A stretch of DNA of 64,000 nucleotides from Escherichia coli. Lineage in GTDB: Bacteria > Pseudomonadota > Gammaproteobacteria > Enterobacterales > Enterobacteriaceae. The position numbers and the translations under genes are program-made. Of the stretch, positions 52,114 to 63,911 are shown one piece after another. The notes beneath the pieces were generated by a model, which worked only from the letters and a program-made list of their open reading frames with translations, was not told the DNA's origin and ran no database searches. The stretch lies in the NCBI RefSeq assembly GCF_041886205.1, contig NZ_CP169029.1; one strand, 5' to 3'. How positions within the stretch are numbered: position 1 is the stretch's first letter; each line of letters begins with the position of its first letter.

Positions 52114-52833
52114 ATGAAAAACGACGTCATTTCACCGGAATTTGATGAAAACGGCCGCCCACTGCGCCGTATCCGTAGTTTTGTGCGCCGCCAGGGGCGA
52201 CTGACCAAAGGCCAGGAACATGCGCTGGAAAACTACTGGCCGGTGATGGGCGTTGAGTTCAGCGAAGATATGCTGGATTTCCCCGCGCTTTTTGGCCGTG
52301 AAGCGCCGGTGACGCTTGAGATTGGTTTTGGCATGGGGGCGTCGCTGGTGGCAATGGCTAAAGATCGCCCTGAGCAGGACTTCCTCGGCATTGAAGTGCA
52401 TTCACCGGGCGTTGGTGCGTGCCTGGCTTCTGCGCATGAAGAAGGTTTAAGCAACCTGCGCGTGATGTGTCACGATGCGGTTGAAGTGCTGCATAAAATG
52501 ATTCCTGACAATTCATTGCGCATGGTGCAGCTCTTTTTCCCTGACCCGTGGCACAAAGCGCGCCATAATAAACGCCGTATCGTTCAGGTGCCGTTTGCCG
52601 AACTGGTAAAAAGCAAACTGCAGCTGGGGGGCGTATTCCATATGGCGACCGACTGGGAACCTTATGCGGAACATATGCTTGAAGTGATGTCTTCTATTGA
52701 CGGTTATAAAAACCTGTCAGAGAGCAATGATTACGTACCGCGTCCGGCATCACGTCCGGTGACGAAATTTGAACAACGTGGTCATCGTCTTGGTCACGGA
52801 GTATGGGACTTAATGTTCGAGAGGGTGAAATAA
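52114..52833 (+). CDS. trmB: tRNA (guanine-N7)-methyltransferase
   Basis: 239 aa, conserved TrmB sequence. Confidence 0.95.
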   Translation: MKNDVISPEFDENGRPLRRIRSFVRRQGRLTKGQEHALENYWPVMGVEFSEDMLDFPALFGREAPVTLEIGFGMGASLVAMAKDRPEQDFLGIEVHSPGVGACLASAHEEGLSNLRVMCHDAVEVLHKMIPDNSLRMVQLFFPDPWHKARHNKRRIVQVPFAELVKSKLQLGGVFHMATDWEPYAEHMLEVMSSIDGYKNLSESNDYVPRPASRPVTKFEQRGHRLGHGVWDLMFERVK

Positions 52834-53159
52834 TGGCAAAGAACCGTAGCCGTCGTCTGCGTAAAAAAATGCACATCGACGAATTCCAGGAATTAGGATT
52901 TTCGGTGGCATGGCGATTCCCGGAAGGTACATCGGAAGAACAGATTGATAAAACCGTTGATGATTTTATTAACGAGGTTATCGAACCGAACAAACTGGCC
53001 TTTGACGGCAGCGGTTATCTGGCCTGGGAAGGTCTGATCTGCATGCAGGAAATCGGCAAATGCACCGAAGAACATCAGGCGATTGTGCGTAAGTGGCTGG
53101 AAGAGCGCAAACTGGATGAGGTACGCACCAGCGAACTTTTCGACGTTTGGTGGGACTAA
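52833..53159 (+). CDS. yggL: DUF469 protein YggL
   Basis: 108 aa from [12 protein letters not shown]; 1-bp overlap with trmB stop. Confidence 0.9.
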   Translation: MAKNRSRRLRKKMHIDEFQELGFSVAWRFPEGTSEEQIDKTVDDFINEVIEPNKLAFDGSGYLAWEGLICMQEIGKCTEEHQAIVRKWLEERKLDEVRTSELFDVWWD

Positions 53160-53174
53160 GAAAGCATACGGGCG

Positions 53175-53290
53175 ATGACAAATGCAAAACTGCCTGATGC
53201 GCTACGCTTATCAGGCCTGGAAAGATGCACGATCGAGTAGGCGGGATAAGGTGTTTACGCCGCATCCGGCATGGAAAACGCGTACTTTGT
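53175..53290. repeat. REP-like palindromic element(s) between yggL and yggN
   Basis: GCCTGATGCG...CGCATCAGGC and GCCGCATCCGGCA motifs. Confidence 0.55.
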
Positions 53291-53342
53291 TATCAATCTG
53301 GGGCCAGCAAATGCTGGCCTGATTTTTTCTTGAGGGAAGACT

Positions 53343-54062
53343 ATGATGCGCAAAATGCTGCTGGCGGCAGCACTTTCAGTGACGGCAATGACCGCTCACG
53401 CCGACTACCAGTGCAGCGTCACGCCGCGTGACGATGTGATTGTCAGCCCGCAAACCGTGCAGGTGAAGGGCGAAAACGGCAATCTGGTGATCACGCCAGA
53501 CGGCAACGTGATGTATAACGGTAAGCAATATTCCCTGAATGCCGCCCAGCGCGAGCAGGCGAAGGATTATCAGGCTGAACTACGCAGCACGCTGCCGTGG
53601 ATTGATGAAGGCGCGAAAAGCCGCGTCGAGAAAGCCCGTATTGCTCTGGATAAAATTATCGTTCAGGAGATGGGCGAAAGCAGCAAAATGCGCAGCCGTC
53701 TGACCAAACTTGATGCGCAGCTGAAAGAGCAGATGAACCGCATTATTGAAACGCGCAGCGATGGCCTGACGTTTCACTATAAAGCCATTGATCAGGTTCG
53801 CGCCGAAGGCCAGCAATTAGTGAATCAGGCAATGGGTGGAATTTTACAGGACAGCATTAATGAAATGGGCGCGAAAGCGGTGCTGAAAAGCGGCGGTAAC
53901 CCATTACAGAATGTGCTGGGAAGCCTGGGGGGGCTGCAATCCTCAATCCAAACCGAGTGGAAAAAGCAGGAAAAAGATTTCCAGCAGTTTGGCAAAGATG
54001 TTTGTAGCCGCGTTGTGACTCTGGAAGATAGCCGCAAAGCCCTGGTCGGGAATTTAAAATAA
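53343..54062 (+). CDS. yggN: Periplasmic protein YggN (DUF2884)
   Basis: 239 aa with signal peptide. Confidence 0.9.
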   Translation: MMRKMLLAAALSVTAMTAHADYQCSVTPRDDVIVSPQTVQVKGENGNLVITPDGNVMYNGKQYSLNAAQREQAKDYQAELRSTLPWIDEGAKSRVEKARIALDKIIVQEMGESSKMRSRLTKLDAQLKEQMNRIIETRSDGLTFHYKAIDQVRAEGQQLVNQAMGGILQDSINEMGAKAVLKSGGNPLQNVLGSLGGLQSSIQTEWKKQEKDFQQFGKDVCSRVVTLEDSRKALVGNLK

Positions 54063-54237
54063 TCCTCTATTTTAAGACGGCATAATACTTTTTTATGCCG
54101 TTTAATTCTTCGTTTTGTTACCTGCCTCTAACTTTGTAGATCTCCAAAATATATTCATGTTGTAAATTGTTTAACGTCAATTTTCCCATACAAAGCTAAG
54201 GGATAATGCGTAGCGTTCACGTAACTGGAGGAATGAA

Positions 54238-55284
54238 ATGGAGTTTTTCAAAAAGACGGCACTTGCCGCACTGGTTATGGGTTTTAGTGGTGCAGCATTG
54301 GCATTACCCAATATCACCATTTTAGCAACCGGCGGGACCATTGCCGGTGGTGGTGACTCCGCAACCAAATCTAACTACACAGCGGGTAAAGTTGGCGTAG
54401 AAAATCTGGTTAATGCGGTGCCGCAACTGAAGGACATTGCGAACGTTAAAGGCGAGCAGGTAGTGAATATCGGCTCCCAGGACATGAACGATAATGTCTG
54501 GCTGACACTGGCGAAAAAAATTAACACCGACTGCGATAAAACCGACGGCTTCGTCATTACCCACGGTACCGACACGATGGAAGAAACCGCTTACTTCCTC
54601 GACCTGACGGTGAAATGCGACAAACCGGTGGTGATGGTCGGCGCAATGCGCCCGTCCACGTCCATGAGCGCAGACGGTCCATTCAACCTGTATAACGCGG
54701 TAGTGACCGCAGCTGATAAAGCCTCCGCCAACCGTGGCGTGCTGGTGGTGATGAACGACACCGTGCTGGATGGGCGTGACGTCACCAAAACCAACACCAC
54801 CGACGTTGCGACCTTCAAGTCTGTTAACTACGGCCCTCTGGGTTACATTCACAACGGTAAGATTGACTACCAACGTACCCCGGCACGTAAGCACACCAGC
54901 GACACGCCGTTCGATGTCTCTAAGCTGAATGAACTGCCGAAAGTCGGCATTGTTTATAACTACGCTAACGCATCCGATCTTCCGGCTAAAGCCCTGGTAG
55001 ATGCGGGCTATGATGGCATCGTGAGCGCTGGTGTGGGTAACGGCAACCTGTATAAATCCGTGTTTGACACTCTGGCGACCGCCGCGAAAAACGGCACTGC
55101 AGTCGTGCGTTCTTCCCGCGTACCGACGGGCGCTACCACTCAGGATGCCGAAGTGGATGATGCGAAATACGGCTTCGTCGCCTCTGGCACGCTGAACCCG
55201 CAAAAAGCGCGCGTTCTGCTGCAACTGGCTCTGACGCAAACCAAAGATCCGCAGCAGATCCAGCAGATCTTCAATCAGTACTAA
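54238..55284 (+). CDS. ansB: L-asparaginase 2 (periplasmic)
   Basis: 348 aa; signal peptide; motif TGGTIAGG. Confidence 0.95.
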   Translation: MEFFKKTALAALVMGFSGAALALPNITILATGGTIAGGGDSATKSNYTAGKVGVENLVNAVPQLKDIANVKGEQVVNIGSQDMNDNVWLTLAKKINTDCDKTDGFVITHGTDTMEETAYFLDLTVKCDKPVVMVGAMRPSTSMSADGPFNLYNAVVTAADKASANRGVLVVMNDTVLDGRDVTKTNTTDVATFKSVNYGPLGYIHNGKIDYQRTPARKHTSDTPFDVSKLNELPKVGIVYNYANASDLPAKALVDAGYDGIVSAGVGNGNLYKSVFDTLATAAKNGTAVVRSSRVPTGATTQDAEVDDAKYGFVASGTLNPQKARVLLQLALTQTKDPQQIQQIFNQY

Positions 55285-55400
55285 TCACCTCGCCCCGGTA
55301 ACGTGCCGGGGCTTTTTCACTTCAGACTCACGTCCATTGCCAATTTTCATTACCCTAATGATAATCACCGGAATAAATTATTCCGCGTGAGGTTTTTCGG

Positions 55401-56408
55401 GTGAAAAAGCAATGGATTGTTGGCACGGCACTGCTTATGTTGATGACTGGTAATGCCTGGGCAGATGGCGAACCGCCAACTGAAAATATCTTAAAAGATC
55501 AATTCAAAAAGCAGTATCACGGCATTCTCAAGCTTGATGCTATCACCTTAAAAAATCTTGATGCTAAGGGTAATCAGGCCACCTGGTCAGCGGAAGGCGA
55601 TGTCTCTTCCAGTGACGATCTCTATACCTGGGTCGGTCAGTTGGCAGATTACGAACTGCTCGAACAGACCTGGACGAAAGATAAACCGGTAAAATTCTCG
55701 GCGATGTTAACCAGTAAAGGAACGCCCGCGTCTGGCTGGTCGGTGAACTTTTACTCTTTTCAGGCGGCAGCCAGCGATCGTGGGCGGGTGGTCGACGATA
55801 TCAAAACGAATAATAAATATCTGATCGTGAATAGCGAAGATTTCAATTATCGCTTTAGTCAGCTTGAATCTGCGTTGAATACCCAGAAGAACTCGATTCC
55901 TGCGCTGGAAAAGGAAGTGAAAGCGCTTGATAAGCAAATGGTGGCGGCGCAGAAAGCAGCGGATACATATTGGGGAAAAGATGCAAACGGTAAGCAAATG
56001 ACCCGCGAAGAAGCCTTTAAAAAAATTCACCAACAGCGTGATGAGTTTAATAAACAGAACGATAGCGAGGCGTTCGCGGTTAAATATGACAAAGAGGTTT
56101 ATCAACCGGCGATTGCGGCATGTCATAAACAGAGTGAAGAGTGTTATGAAGTGCCGATTCAGCAGAAACGAGATTTCGATATCAACGAACAACGGCGACA
56201 GACTTTTCTGCAATCACAAAAACTTAGCCGTAAATTGCAGGATGACTGGGTAACGCTCGAAAAAGGGCAATATCCCTTAACGATGAAAGTTTCAGAAATA
56301 AACAGTAAAAAAGTCGCGATTTTGATGAAGATTGACGATATCAATAAGACCTGCGATCGCTGGAAAAAAGATACCGAAGCATTACGGCGCAATGGGGTGA
56401 TTAAGTAA
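55401..56408 (+). CDS. yggM: DUF1202 family protein YggM
   Basis: 335 aa with signal peptide; GTG start. Confidence 0.85.
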   Translation: MKKQWIVGTALLMLMTGNAWADGEPPTENILKDQFKKQYHGILKLDAITLKNLDAKGNQATWSAEGDVSSSDDLYTWVGQLADYELLEQTWTKDKPVKFSAMLTSKGTPASGWSVNFYSFQAAASDRGRVVDDIKTNNKYLIVNSEDFNYRFSQLESALNTQKNSIPALEKEVKALDKQMVAAQKAADTYWGKDANGKQMTREEAFKKIHQQRDEFNKQNDSEAFAVKYDKEVYQPAIAACHKQSEECYEVPIQQKRDFDINEQRRQTFLQSQKLSRKLQDDWVTLEKGQYPLTMKVSEINSKKVAILMKIDDINKTCDRWKKDTEALRRNGVIK

Positions 56409-56650
56409 GTTTGATATAGCGCACGATTTGTAGCAGGATGCGGCGTTGACCCCGCATCCGGCAATCAACGTCTGATGCGACGCTTGCGCGTCTTATCAGA
56501 CCTACAACCGCTGCCACATGTCGGCTGAGGCGCTCACGCCGCATCCGACAATCAACGTCTGATGCGATGCTTGCGCGTCTTATCAGACCTACAAACGTTG
56601 CCACATGTAGGCTGGATAAGGCGTTCACGCCGCATCCGGCAATACAAGTT
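56409..56650. repeat. Cluster of REP/BIME elements
   Basis: Repeated GCCGCATCCGGCA, GTCTGATGCGACGCT and CGTCTTATCAGACCTACA units in alternating orientation. Confidence 0.8.
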
Positions 56651-57786
56651 TACTCCGCCAGAAAAAGCTCCAGCAGCGAATTTAAAAACAACTTCCCATG
56701 TTCCGTTATCTGCCAGTAATCCGCACATTCGGTGAGATAACCCTGGGCAATCGCCTCGTCTAACTGTGGGCGAATCACATCTTCGCAAAGCCCGGTATAC
56801 GCAATAAACTCCACGCGCGGCGCGGCCTCCAGCAGACGGAAGCGATTCATAAAGAACTCAAACGGCTTATCTGCGGCTTCGACATCACGCTGGCTTTCCA
56901 GATACCTTCCTTGCATAAAACCACGAGGATGACGCGTTTTAGTGGTACGCAGGATGCGCCCATCCGGGAAGGTGACTTTGCCGTGTGCGCCGCAGCCGAT
57001 GCCGATGTAGTCGCCAAATCGCCAGTAGTTGAGATTGTGCTGGCATTGATAACCTGGTTTGGCGTAAGCGGAAGTTTCATATTGCTGATAACCCGCTGCG
57101 GTTAACAACTGATGCCCCTGTTCGAATATATCCCACAGCGCGTCATCGTCCGGCAGTACAGGAGGGCGCGAGCCAAACAGCGTATTGGGTTCGATGGTCA
57201 GTTGATACCAAGAAAGATGCGGAGGATTCAGTTCAATAGCCTGGCGTAGATCGCCAAGCGCCTCTTCCAGTGATTGATCCGGCAGCCCATGCATCAAATC
57301 AAGGTTAAAGCTACGTAACCCTAAACCGCTCGCCAGCTTTGCCGCTCGTTTCGCTTCTTGCGGGCCATGAATGCGCCCAAGTCGTTTCAGCTTTTCTTCG
57401 CTAAAACTCTGCACACCAATAGAGATGCGGTTCACACCAGCACGCTGATAATCGACAAAGCGATCGGCTTCTACTGTTCCAGGGTTCGCTTCCATAGTAA
57501 TTTCTGCATCCGCTGCCAGCGGCAAACGCGCACGCACGCCGTCCAGCAGCGTTTGCATCGCCGGGCCGGAAAGCAGGCTCGGCGTACCACCGCCAATAAA
57601 GATTGTCTTTACTTCACGGCCCTGAGCGTAAGCCACATCGTTGTCCAGATCGTTAAGCAGATGCTGAACATAATCGTCGTGCGGCACTTCTCCTTTCAAC
57701 GCGTGAGAGTTGAAATCGCAGTACGGGCATTTCTGCACGCACCACGGGATGTGAATGTAGAGACTCAGCGGCGGTAATTTAACCAT
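56650..57786 (-). CDS. hemW: Radical SAM heme chaperone HemW (YggW)
   Basis: 378 aa; CxxxCxxC radical SAM motif ([10 protein letters not shown]). Confidence 0.9.
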   Translation of the reverse strand: MVKLPPLSLYIHIPWCVQKCPYCDFNSHALKGEVPHDDYVQHLLNDLDNDVAYAQGREVKTIFIGGGTPSLLSGPAMQTLLDGVRARLPLAADAEITMEANPGTVEADRFVDYQRAGVNRISIGVQSFSEEKLKRLGRIHGPQEAKRAAKLASGLGLRSFNLDLMHGLPDQSLEEALGDLRQAIELNPPHLSWYQLTIEPNTLFGSRPPVLPDDDALWDIFEQGHQLLTAAGYQQYETSAYAKPGYQCQHNLNYWRFGDYIGIGCGAHGKVTFPDGRILRTTKTRHPRGFMQGRYLESQRDVEAADKPFEFFMNRFRLLEAAPRVEFIAYTGLCEDVIRPQLDEAIAQGYLTECADYWQITEHGKLFLNSLLELFLAE

Positions 57787-58372
57787 TACGTAAAGCGTCC
57801 AGCAGCAGTTTCAATGCCTGACCACGGTGGGAAATGGCGCTCTTTTCTTCGCGGGTCAGTTCGGCAGCGGTTTTTCCTTCGGAAGGTACGAAGAAGATTG
57901 GATCATAACCAAAGCCACCAGTGCCCGCCGGTTCGCGAGTAATCACGCCCGGCCAGCTGCCGTGGCACACCAGCGGAGTGGGATCTTCCGCGTGACGCAG
58001 ATATACCAGTACGCAGTGGAAACGCGCCTGACGTTGGTTGTCCGGTACGTCTTTTAGTGTTTCCAGCAGTTTTTGCAGATTCTTTTGATCGGTCGCGTCT
58101 TCACCGGAATAACGCGCGGAGTAAATGCCCGGCGCGCCGCCAAGTACATCTACCGCCAGACCAGAGTCGTCGGCAATTGCCGGTAAACCGGTCACTTTTG
58201 CCGCATGGCGCGCTTTCAGAATCGCGTTTTCGATAAAGGTCAGGCCGGTTTCTTCAGCGGAATCAACGCCGAGGTCTGTTTGGGCCACGATATCAAGACC
58301 GAAGTCGCTAAGCAGCGACGCCAGCTCACGCACTTTACCGGCATTGCCGGTTGCGAGGACAACTTTTTGCAT
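57779..58372 (-). CDS. rdgB: dITP/XTP pyrophosphatase
   Basis: 197 aa; Ham1-family motifs. Confidence 0.95.
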   Translation of the reverse strand: MQKVVLATGNAGKVRELASLLSDFGLDIVAQTDLGVDSAEETGLTFIENAILKARHAAKVTGLPAIADDSGLAVDVLGGAPGIYSARYSGEDATDQKNLQKLLETLKDVPDNQRQARFHCVLVYLRHAEDPTPLVCHGSWPGVITREPAGTGGFGYDPIFFVPSEGKTAAELTREEKSAISHRGQALKLLLDALRNG

Positions 58373-58379
58373 AGGATAC

Positions 58380-58670
58380 CTAATTAATTAACGCCGCGAT
58401 TTCTGGCGGGATTTGTTGCGGATTAATGATTTTAATTTGTTTGTGGCGGCCAAGTTCGCCTTTTTCAATCACCACCTGGCTTTTGGCAACCCGGAATTGC
58501 TTACCGAGAAACTTCACCAGATGGCTGTTGGCCTGGCCGTCAACCGGCGGCGCGGTAATGGCGACTTTAACTTCGTCGCCATGTAAACCGACAATAGAAT
58601 CACGGCTGGCTTTCGGCTGAATATAGAGCCGTAAAACCAGACCGTCATCATTAACTGTTACGGCACTCAT
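58380..58670 (-). CDS. yggU: DUF167 protein YggU
   Basis: Conserved small ORF; start chosen at [10 protein letters not shown]. Confidence 0.85.
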
Positions 58671-59233
58671 AACGCCATCCACAGCCCCGGCAACAGCATG
58701 TTTCCGGTTGCCTGTAATACTTCTGCGACACCCATATTGATGACATACAGCAGCAGAACGAGGATCATCGGCGAGAAATCAATCCCACCCATTGCCGGTA
58801 GCAGGCGGCGAATCGGGCGCAACAGCGGATCGGCCAGCTGAATCAGCACGTATTCAATCGGACTACGACCCTGGCTTACCCAGCTCATAATCGCCATCAC
58901 CAGCAGGACCCAGAAAATCAGCAGGCCGATGGTTTTCAGCAGAATCAGTAAACCGGCAATCCAGATGATTGGCAGGAAGGTCACCACTTTAAACAGCACG
59001 ATGGCTTTGATGAAACTGAGAATGTACGCAACCAGCAGCGAGGCGCTATCAATGGGACCCATTGCCGGAATAACGCGGCGCAGTGGCCCGATAATTGGCT
59101 GCGTTACCTTCACTACAAACTGTGAGAAGGGGTTGTAAAAATCACAATGAGCCCACTGCATCCAGATGCGTAATAACAGCACCATGGTATACAGCTCAAT
59201 GACCGTTGAAAGCAGGAAAGTCAACGTATTCAT
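58667..59233 (-). CDS. yggT: YggT-family membrane protein
   Basis: 188-aa hydrophobic protein. Confidence 0.9.
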
Positions 59234-59250
59234 GGCGTTCCTTTAATTCC

Positions 59251-59955
59251 TTATTTTTTAGAGTAATCACGCGCACCAAAAATTGCAGTGCCGATACGAA
59301 CCATCGTGCTACCTGCCGCAATGGCGGCTTCCATATCGTCCGACATTCCCAGAGAGAGCGTGTCGATATGCGGGTAGCGCGTTTTCAGTCCGGCAAATGC
59401 TACAGCCATTTGGCGTGCAACTTCAAACTGCCTTACATATTCTGACTCAGGTGCAGGGATTGCCATCAGCCCGCGCAGACGTAAACGCGGTAGTTCAGCG
59501 ACCGCAGCTGCCAGCTCGTCCAGTTCTGCCAGTTGAATCCCGGACTTACTGTTTTCATCACTAATATTAATTTGAATCAGTACGTTAAGAGGGGGAAGTT
59601 CTGCCGGGCGCTGATCGTTGAGGCGGGTAGCAATGCGCAAACGGTCGATGGTATGACACCAGTCGAAATGCTCTGCCACCAGGCGGCTTTTATTAGACTG
59701 CAACGGGCCAATAAAATGCCATTCTAATCCTGTTACGCCCAGTTCCTGAAAGTGGCGAATTTTATCTACCCCTTCCTGAACGTAGTTTTCACCAAATTGA
59801 CGCTGCCCGGCATCAATGGCTTCTGCGATGGCGCTCGCAGGTTTTGTTTTACTGACTGCAAGCAGCGTAATTTCTTCTGGAGAACGGCCGCAACGCGTTG
59901 CAGCAGCTGAGATTTTGTCCCGGACCTGTGCCAGGTTATGCGCAATATCGTTCAT
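59251..59955 (-). CDS. yggS: PLP homeostasis protein YggS
   Basis: 234 aa; alanine-racemase-fold PLP-binding protein. Confidence 0.95.
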   Translation of the reverse strand: MNDIAHNLAQVRDKISAAATRCGRSPEEITLLAVSKTKPASAIAEAIDAGQRQFGENYVQEGVDKIRHFQELGVTGLEWHFIGPLQSNKSRLVAEHFDWCHTIDRLRIATRLNDQRPAELPPLNVLIQINISDENSKSGIQLAELDELAAAVAELPRLRLRGLMAIPAPESEYVRQFEVARQMAVAFAGLKTRYPHIDTLSLGMSDDMEAAIAAGSTMVRIGTAIFGARDYSKK

Positions 59956-59972
59956 TTTCCGAGGATCTTAGT

Positions 59973-60953
59973 ATGAATATGGAAGAAATTGTGGCCCTTA
60001 GTGTAAAGCATAACGTCTCGGATCTACACCTGTGCAGCGCCTGGCCCGCACGATGGCGCATTCGCGGCAGAATGGAAGCTGCGCCGTTTGATGCGCCGGA
60101 CGTCGAAGAGCTACTGCGGGAGTGGCTGGATGACGATCAGCGGGCAATATTGTTGGAGAATGGTCAGCTGGATTTTGCCGTGTCGCTGGCGGAAAACCAG
60201 CGGTTGCGTGGCAGTGCGTTCGCGCAACGGCAAGGTATTTCTCTGGCATTACGGTTGTTACCTTCGCACTGTCCACAGCTCGAACAGCTTGGTGCGCCAC
60301 CGGTATTGCCGGAATTACTCAAGAGCGAGAATGGCCTGATTCTGGTGACGGGGGCGACGGGGAGTGGCAAATCTACCACGCTGGCGGCGATGGTTGGCTA
60401 TCTTAATCAACATGCCGATGCGCATATTCTGACGCTGGAAGATCCTGTGGAATATCTCTATGCCAGCCAGCGATGTTTGATCCAGCAGCGGGAAATTGGT
60501 TTGCACTGTATGACGTTCGCATCGGGGTTGCGGGCTGCATTGCGGGAAGATCCTGATGTGATTTTGCTCGGAGAGCTACGTGACAGTGAGACAATCCGTC
60601 TGGCGCTGACGGCGGCAGAAACCGGGCATCTGGTGCTGGCAACCTTACATACACGTGGTGCCGCGCAGGCAGTTGAGCGACTGGTGGATTCATTTCCGGC
60701 GCAGGAAAAAGATCCCGTACGTAATCAACTGGCGGGTAGTTTACGGGCAGTGCTGTCACAAAAGCTGGAAGTGGATAAACAGGAAGGACGCGTGGCGCTG
60801 TTTGAATTACTGATTAACACTCCCGCGGTGGGGAATTTGATTCGTGAAGGGAAAACCCACCAGTTACCGCATGTTATTCAAACCGGGCAGCAGGTGGGGA
60901 TGTTAACGTTTCAGCAGAGTTATCAGCAGCGGGTGGGGGAAGGGCGTTTGTGA
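59973..60953 (+). CDS. yggR: PilT-like type IV pilus retraction ATPase homologue YggR
   Basis: 326 aa from MNMEEIVALSVKHNVSDLHL; Walker A GATGSGKST. Confidence 0.9.
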   Translation: MNMEEIVALSVKHNVSDLHLCSAWPARWRIRGRMEAAPFDAPDVEELLREWLDDDQRAILLENGQLDFAVSLAENQRLRGSAFAQRQGISLALRLLPSHCPQLEQLGAPPVLPELLKSENGLILVTGATGSGKSTTLAAMVGYLNQHADAHILTLEDPVEYLYASQRCLIQQREIGLHCMTFASGLRAALREDPDVILLGELRDSETIRLALTAAETGHLVLATLHTRGAAQAVERLVDSFPAQEKDPVRNQLAGSLRAVLSQKLEVDKQEGRVALFELLINTPAVGNLIREGKTHQLPHVIQTGQQVGMLTFQQSYQQRVGEGRL

Positions 60954-60959
60954 CGTTGC

Positions 60960-61110
60960 CATGCCCGATGCGCAAGTTTATAGGGCCTATAAAGGCAATA
61001 AATGTCTGATGCGACGCTAACGCGTCTTATCAGACCTACAGCCGCTGCCAGATGTGTGCTGGATAAGGCGTTCACGCAGCATCCGGCAAAATGGCGGTAA
61101 CGACTATCCA
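60960..61110. repeat. REP elements between yggR and ruvX
   Basis: GTCTGATGCGACGCTAACGCGTCTTATCAGACCTACA and GCATCCGGCA units. Confidence 0.75.
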
Positions 61111-61128
61111 GCAGACTTTTAAATCGCC

Positions 61129-61542
61129 TTAATACCCCTGCTCGAAATAACTTTCGAGAATGATAACCGCAGAGGCAGAGTCAACTTTGCCTTTGTTGAG
61201 CGCCCGATAGCCGCCCTGTTCAAACAGACCGGAACGGGCTTCCACAGTGCTAAGACGCTCGTCATGGAGCTTTACTTCAACACCGAAACGACCATGAATA
61301 CGGTTGGCAAATTTACGCGCTCTGGCGGTTAACGGCTGTTCGGTGCCGTCCATATTCAGCGGCAAACCGACGATGATTTCGTCCGGCTGCCACTCTTTCA
61401 GTAAACGCTCGATGAGGTTCCAGTCCGGCGTACCGTCCTGTGCTTTAATTGCAGGCAAAGGGCGAGCGGTGCCGGTAATGCGTTGGCCGACCGCTACGCC
61501 AATGCTTTTGGTGCCGAAGTCGAAGGCGAGTAAGGTTCCACT
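61129..61542 (-). CDS. ruvX: Holliday-junction-resolvase-like nuclease RuvX (YqgF)
   Basis: 138 aa from [21 protein letters not shown]. Confidence 0.95.
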
Positions 61543-61544
61543 CA

Positions 61545-62105
61545 TCAGGCGTGTCCTGCCACACCAGGCATGGTGAGAATATCCACACCAATCAGTTTTG
61601 CCGCCTCGCGCCAGCGGTCGGCAATCGGCGTTTTGAACAGAATATTCAGATCTGCCGGGGCCGTTAGCCACGCGTTATCGAGAATTTCTTGTTCCAGTTG
61701 ACCTTTCTCCCAGGAGGCATAGCCCAGAGCCACCAATACGTCAGACGGTTGTTTATCGGTGCCGAGCGTTTCCAGCACATCGCGGGAAGTGGTCATCACC
61801 GTGTTGTCTGAAATGCGAATGCTGGAAGCAAAATTGGAGGGCGGAGTATGCAAAATAAACCCGCGATCTTCAGCCAGTGGGCCGCCGAGCATAACCGGTT
61901 TATCCAGACGGATTGATTCATCACGCGGCTCCGGCGTGATCTTCAGCTTTTCCAGAATCCCTTCAATTTTGAGATTTTCCAGCGGCTTGTTGACGATGAT
62001 CCCCATTGCACCATTGGTATTATGTTCGCAAATGTAGACCACGGAACGACGGAAAATCGGATCCTGGAGAGCAGGCATGGCAATAAGAAAGTGATGCTGT
62101 AAATT
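61545..62105 (-). CDS. yqgE: UPF0301 protein YqgE
   Basis: 187 aa from [16 protein letters not shown]. Confidence 0.9.
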
Positions 62106-62216
62106 CATTGTCAGAGGTTCTGTTTCCTGGTTCAAAAAAGCAACAGCGCCCAGTATGCGTGGAAAGAAGGGCGCTGTCACTCAGAGTCTCAACGAGATCC
62201 TTCTCGCTAAGGTGGG

Positions 62217-63167
62217 TTACTGCTGCTGTAAACGTGCTTCGATGGCATCCATTAACATTCCGGTGATCGACACCGGAAACTCTGCTTCAATCTCACGAAT
62301 ACAGGTTGGGCTGGTGACGTTAATTTCAGTCAGACGGTCGCCGATGATATCCAGACCAACAAAAATCAGCCCTTTTTCTTTCAGCGTCGGCCCGACCTGA
62401 CGGGCGATTTTCCAGTCACTTTCCGTCAGCGGACGAGGTTCACCGCGACCACCGGCAGCCAGATTGCCACGGGTTTCGCCCCCCTGCGGAATACGCGCCA
62501 GGCAGTACGGTACCGGCTCGCCATCCACCACCAGCACGCGTTTGTCGCCATCTTTAATGGCTGGCAGGTAATTTTGCGCCATGCAGTAGCGAGTGCCATG
62601 CTCAGTCAGGGTTTCGGCAATCACGCCGAGGTTTGGATCGCCTTCTTTCACGCGGAAAATCGACGCGCCGCCCATACCGTCCAGCGGCTTAAGAATGATG
62701 TCGCTGTGTTTCTCCCAGAACGCTTTTAGCTGCGCTTTATTGCGCGTAACCAGCGTTTCTGGCGTTAAGTCAGAGAACCAGGCGGTAAACAGTTTCTCGT
62801 TACAGTCGCGCAGGCTCTGCGGCTTGTTAACGATCAGCGTCCCTTTCTCTTCGGCACGTTCCAGAATATAGGTCGCGTAGATAAACTCGGTATCAAACGG
62901 CGGGTCTTTACGCATCAGGATCACATCGAGATCGGCCAGCGGCAGATCCTGTTCACCGACGAATGAAAACCACTCTTCGTAGTTCTGCTTCACGTTCAGC
63001 GTGCGGGTATGGGCGCGGGCTTCGCCATTGATCAGATACAGATCGCCCATCTCCATATAGTGAAGTTCGTAACCACGACGCTGTGCTTCCAGCAACATAG
63101 CGAAACTGGAATCTTTCTTGATGTTGATGTTTGCGATGGGGTCCATCACGATGCCGAGCTTGATCAT
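62217..63167 (-). CDS. gshB: Glutathione synthetase
   Basis: 316 aa; ATP-grasp fold. Confidence 0.95.
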   Translation of the reverse strand: MIKLGIVMDPIANINIKKDSSFAMLLEAQRRGYELHYMEMGDLYLINGEARAHTRTLNVKQNYEEWFSFVGEQDLPLADLDVILMRKDPPFDTEFIYATYILERAEEKGTLIVNKPQSLRDCNEKLFTAWFSDLTPETLVTRNKAQLKAFWEKHSDIILKPLDGMGGASIFRVKEGDPNLGVIAETLTEHGTRYCMAQNYLPAIKDGDKRVLVVDGEPVPYCLARIPQGGETRGNLAAGGRGEPRPLTESDWKIARQVGPTLKEKGLIFVGLDIIGDRLTEINVTSPTCIREIEAEFPVSITGMLMDAIEARLQQQ

Positions 63168-63179
63168 TATTCTTCTCCG

Positions 63180-63911
63180 TTAGCCCAAATCGCCAAATCG
63201 TACTTGTAGCGCGGTAATGGCGGTGAGCGCAGTTGTCTCTGTACGCAAAACGCGAGGTCCCAACAGGATATCAGTAAATTGATAGCGGGCAGTCATGGCA
63301 ATTTCATCTGCCGATAAACCGCCTTCCGGGCCAATCAGCAGGCGGACGCGTTCAACCGGTAACGGCAACGTATTGATGCTGTTACTGGCGCGCGGGTGAA
63401 GATTCAGTTTCAGTCCTTCATCCTGCTCTGCACACCAGGCTTCCAGATCCATCGCTGGGCGGATTTCCGGCACCCGGTTACGACCACACTGCTCACAGGC
63501 AGCAATTGCAATCTTCTGCCACTGCTGGAGCTTCTTGTTCAGACGTTCACTATCCAGTTTAACGCCGCAGCGCTCAGAAAAAAGTGGCGTAATGAGGCTT
63601 ACACCGAGTTCGATCGATTTCTGGATCGTAAATTCCATTTTTTCACCACGCGACATCACCTGACCGAGGTGAATATGCAGCGGAGATTCGCGATCGTCGA
63701 TCTTGCCTTCCAGCACCTTCACTTCCACGCTTTTTTTGCTGGCGCTGGTAATTTCGGCGTCAAAGACCTGGTTGCTACCGTCAAACAATTGCAACGCCTG
63801 CCCCGGCCCCATGCGCAGTACGCGCCCGATATGGTTGGCGGCATCTTCGCAAAGCGCGATGTGAGAATGGCTGGTCAGTGGTTCAGGATGATAAATGCGG
63901 GGGATACGCAT
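63180..63911 (-). CDS. rsmE: 16S rRNA (uracil1498-N3)-methyltransferase
   Basis: 243 aa from [10 protein letters not shown]. Confidence 0.95.
   Translation of the reverse strand: MRIPRIYHPEPLTSHSHIALCEDAANHIGRVLRMGPGQALQLFDGSNQVFDAEITSASKKSVEVKVLEGKIDDRESPLHIHLGQVMSRGEKMEFTIQKSIELGVSLITPLFSERCGVKLDSERLNKKLQQWQKIAIAACEQCGRNRVPEIRPAMDLEAWCAEQDEGLKLNLHPRASNSINTLPLPVERVRLLIGPEGGLSADEIAMTARYQFTDILLGPRVLRTETTALTAITALQVRFGDLG

Noticed and set aside
54322-55239. 305-aa minus-strand ORF overlapping ansB
   Set aside because: Antisense to the well-conserved asparaginase gene; GC-rich shadow frame.
56409-56650. Possible CRISPR array suggested by closely spaced repeats
   Set aside because: The repeats are REP/BIME palindromic units in alternating orientation between core genes, not direct repeats with unique spacers, and no cas genes are nearby.
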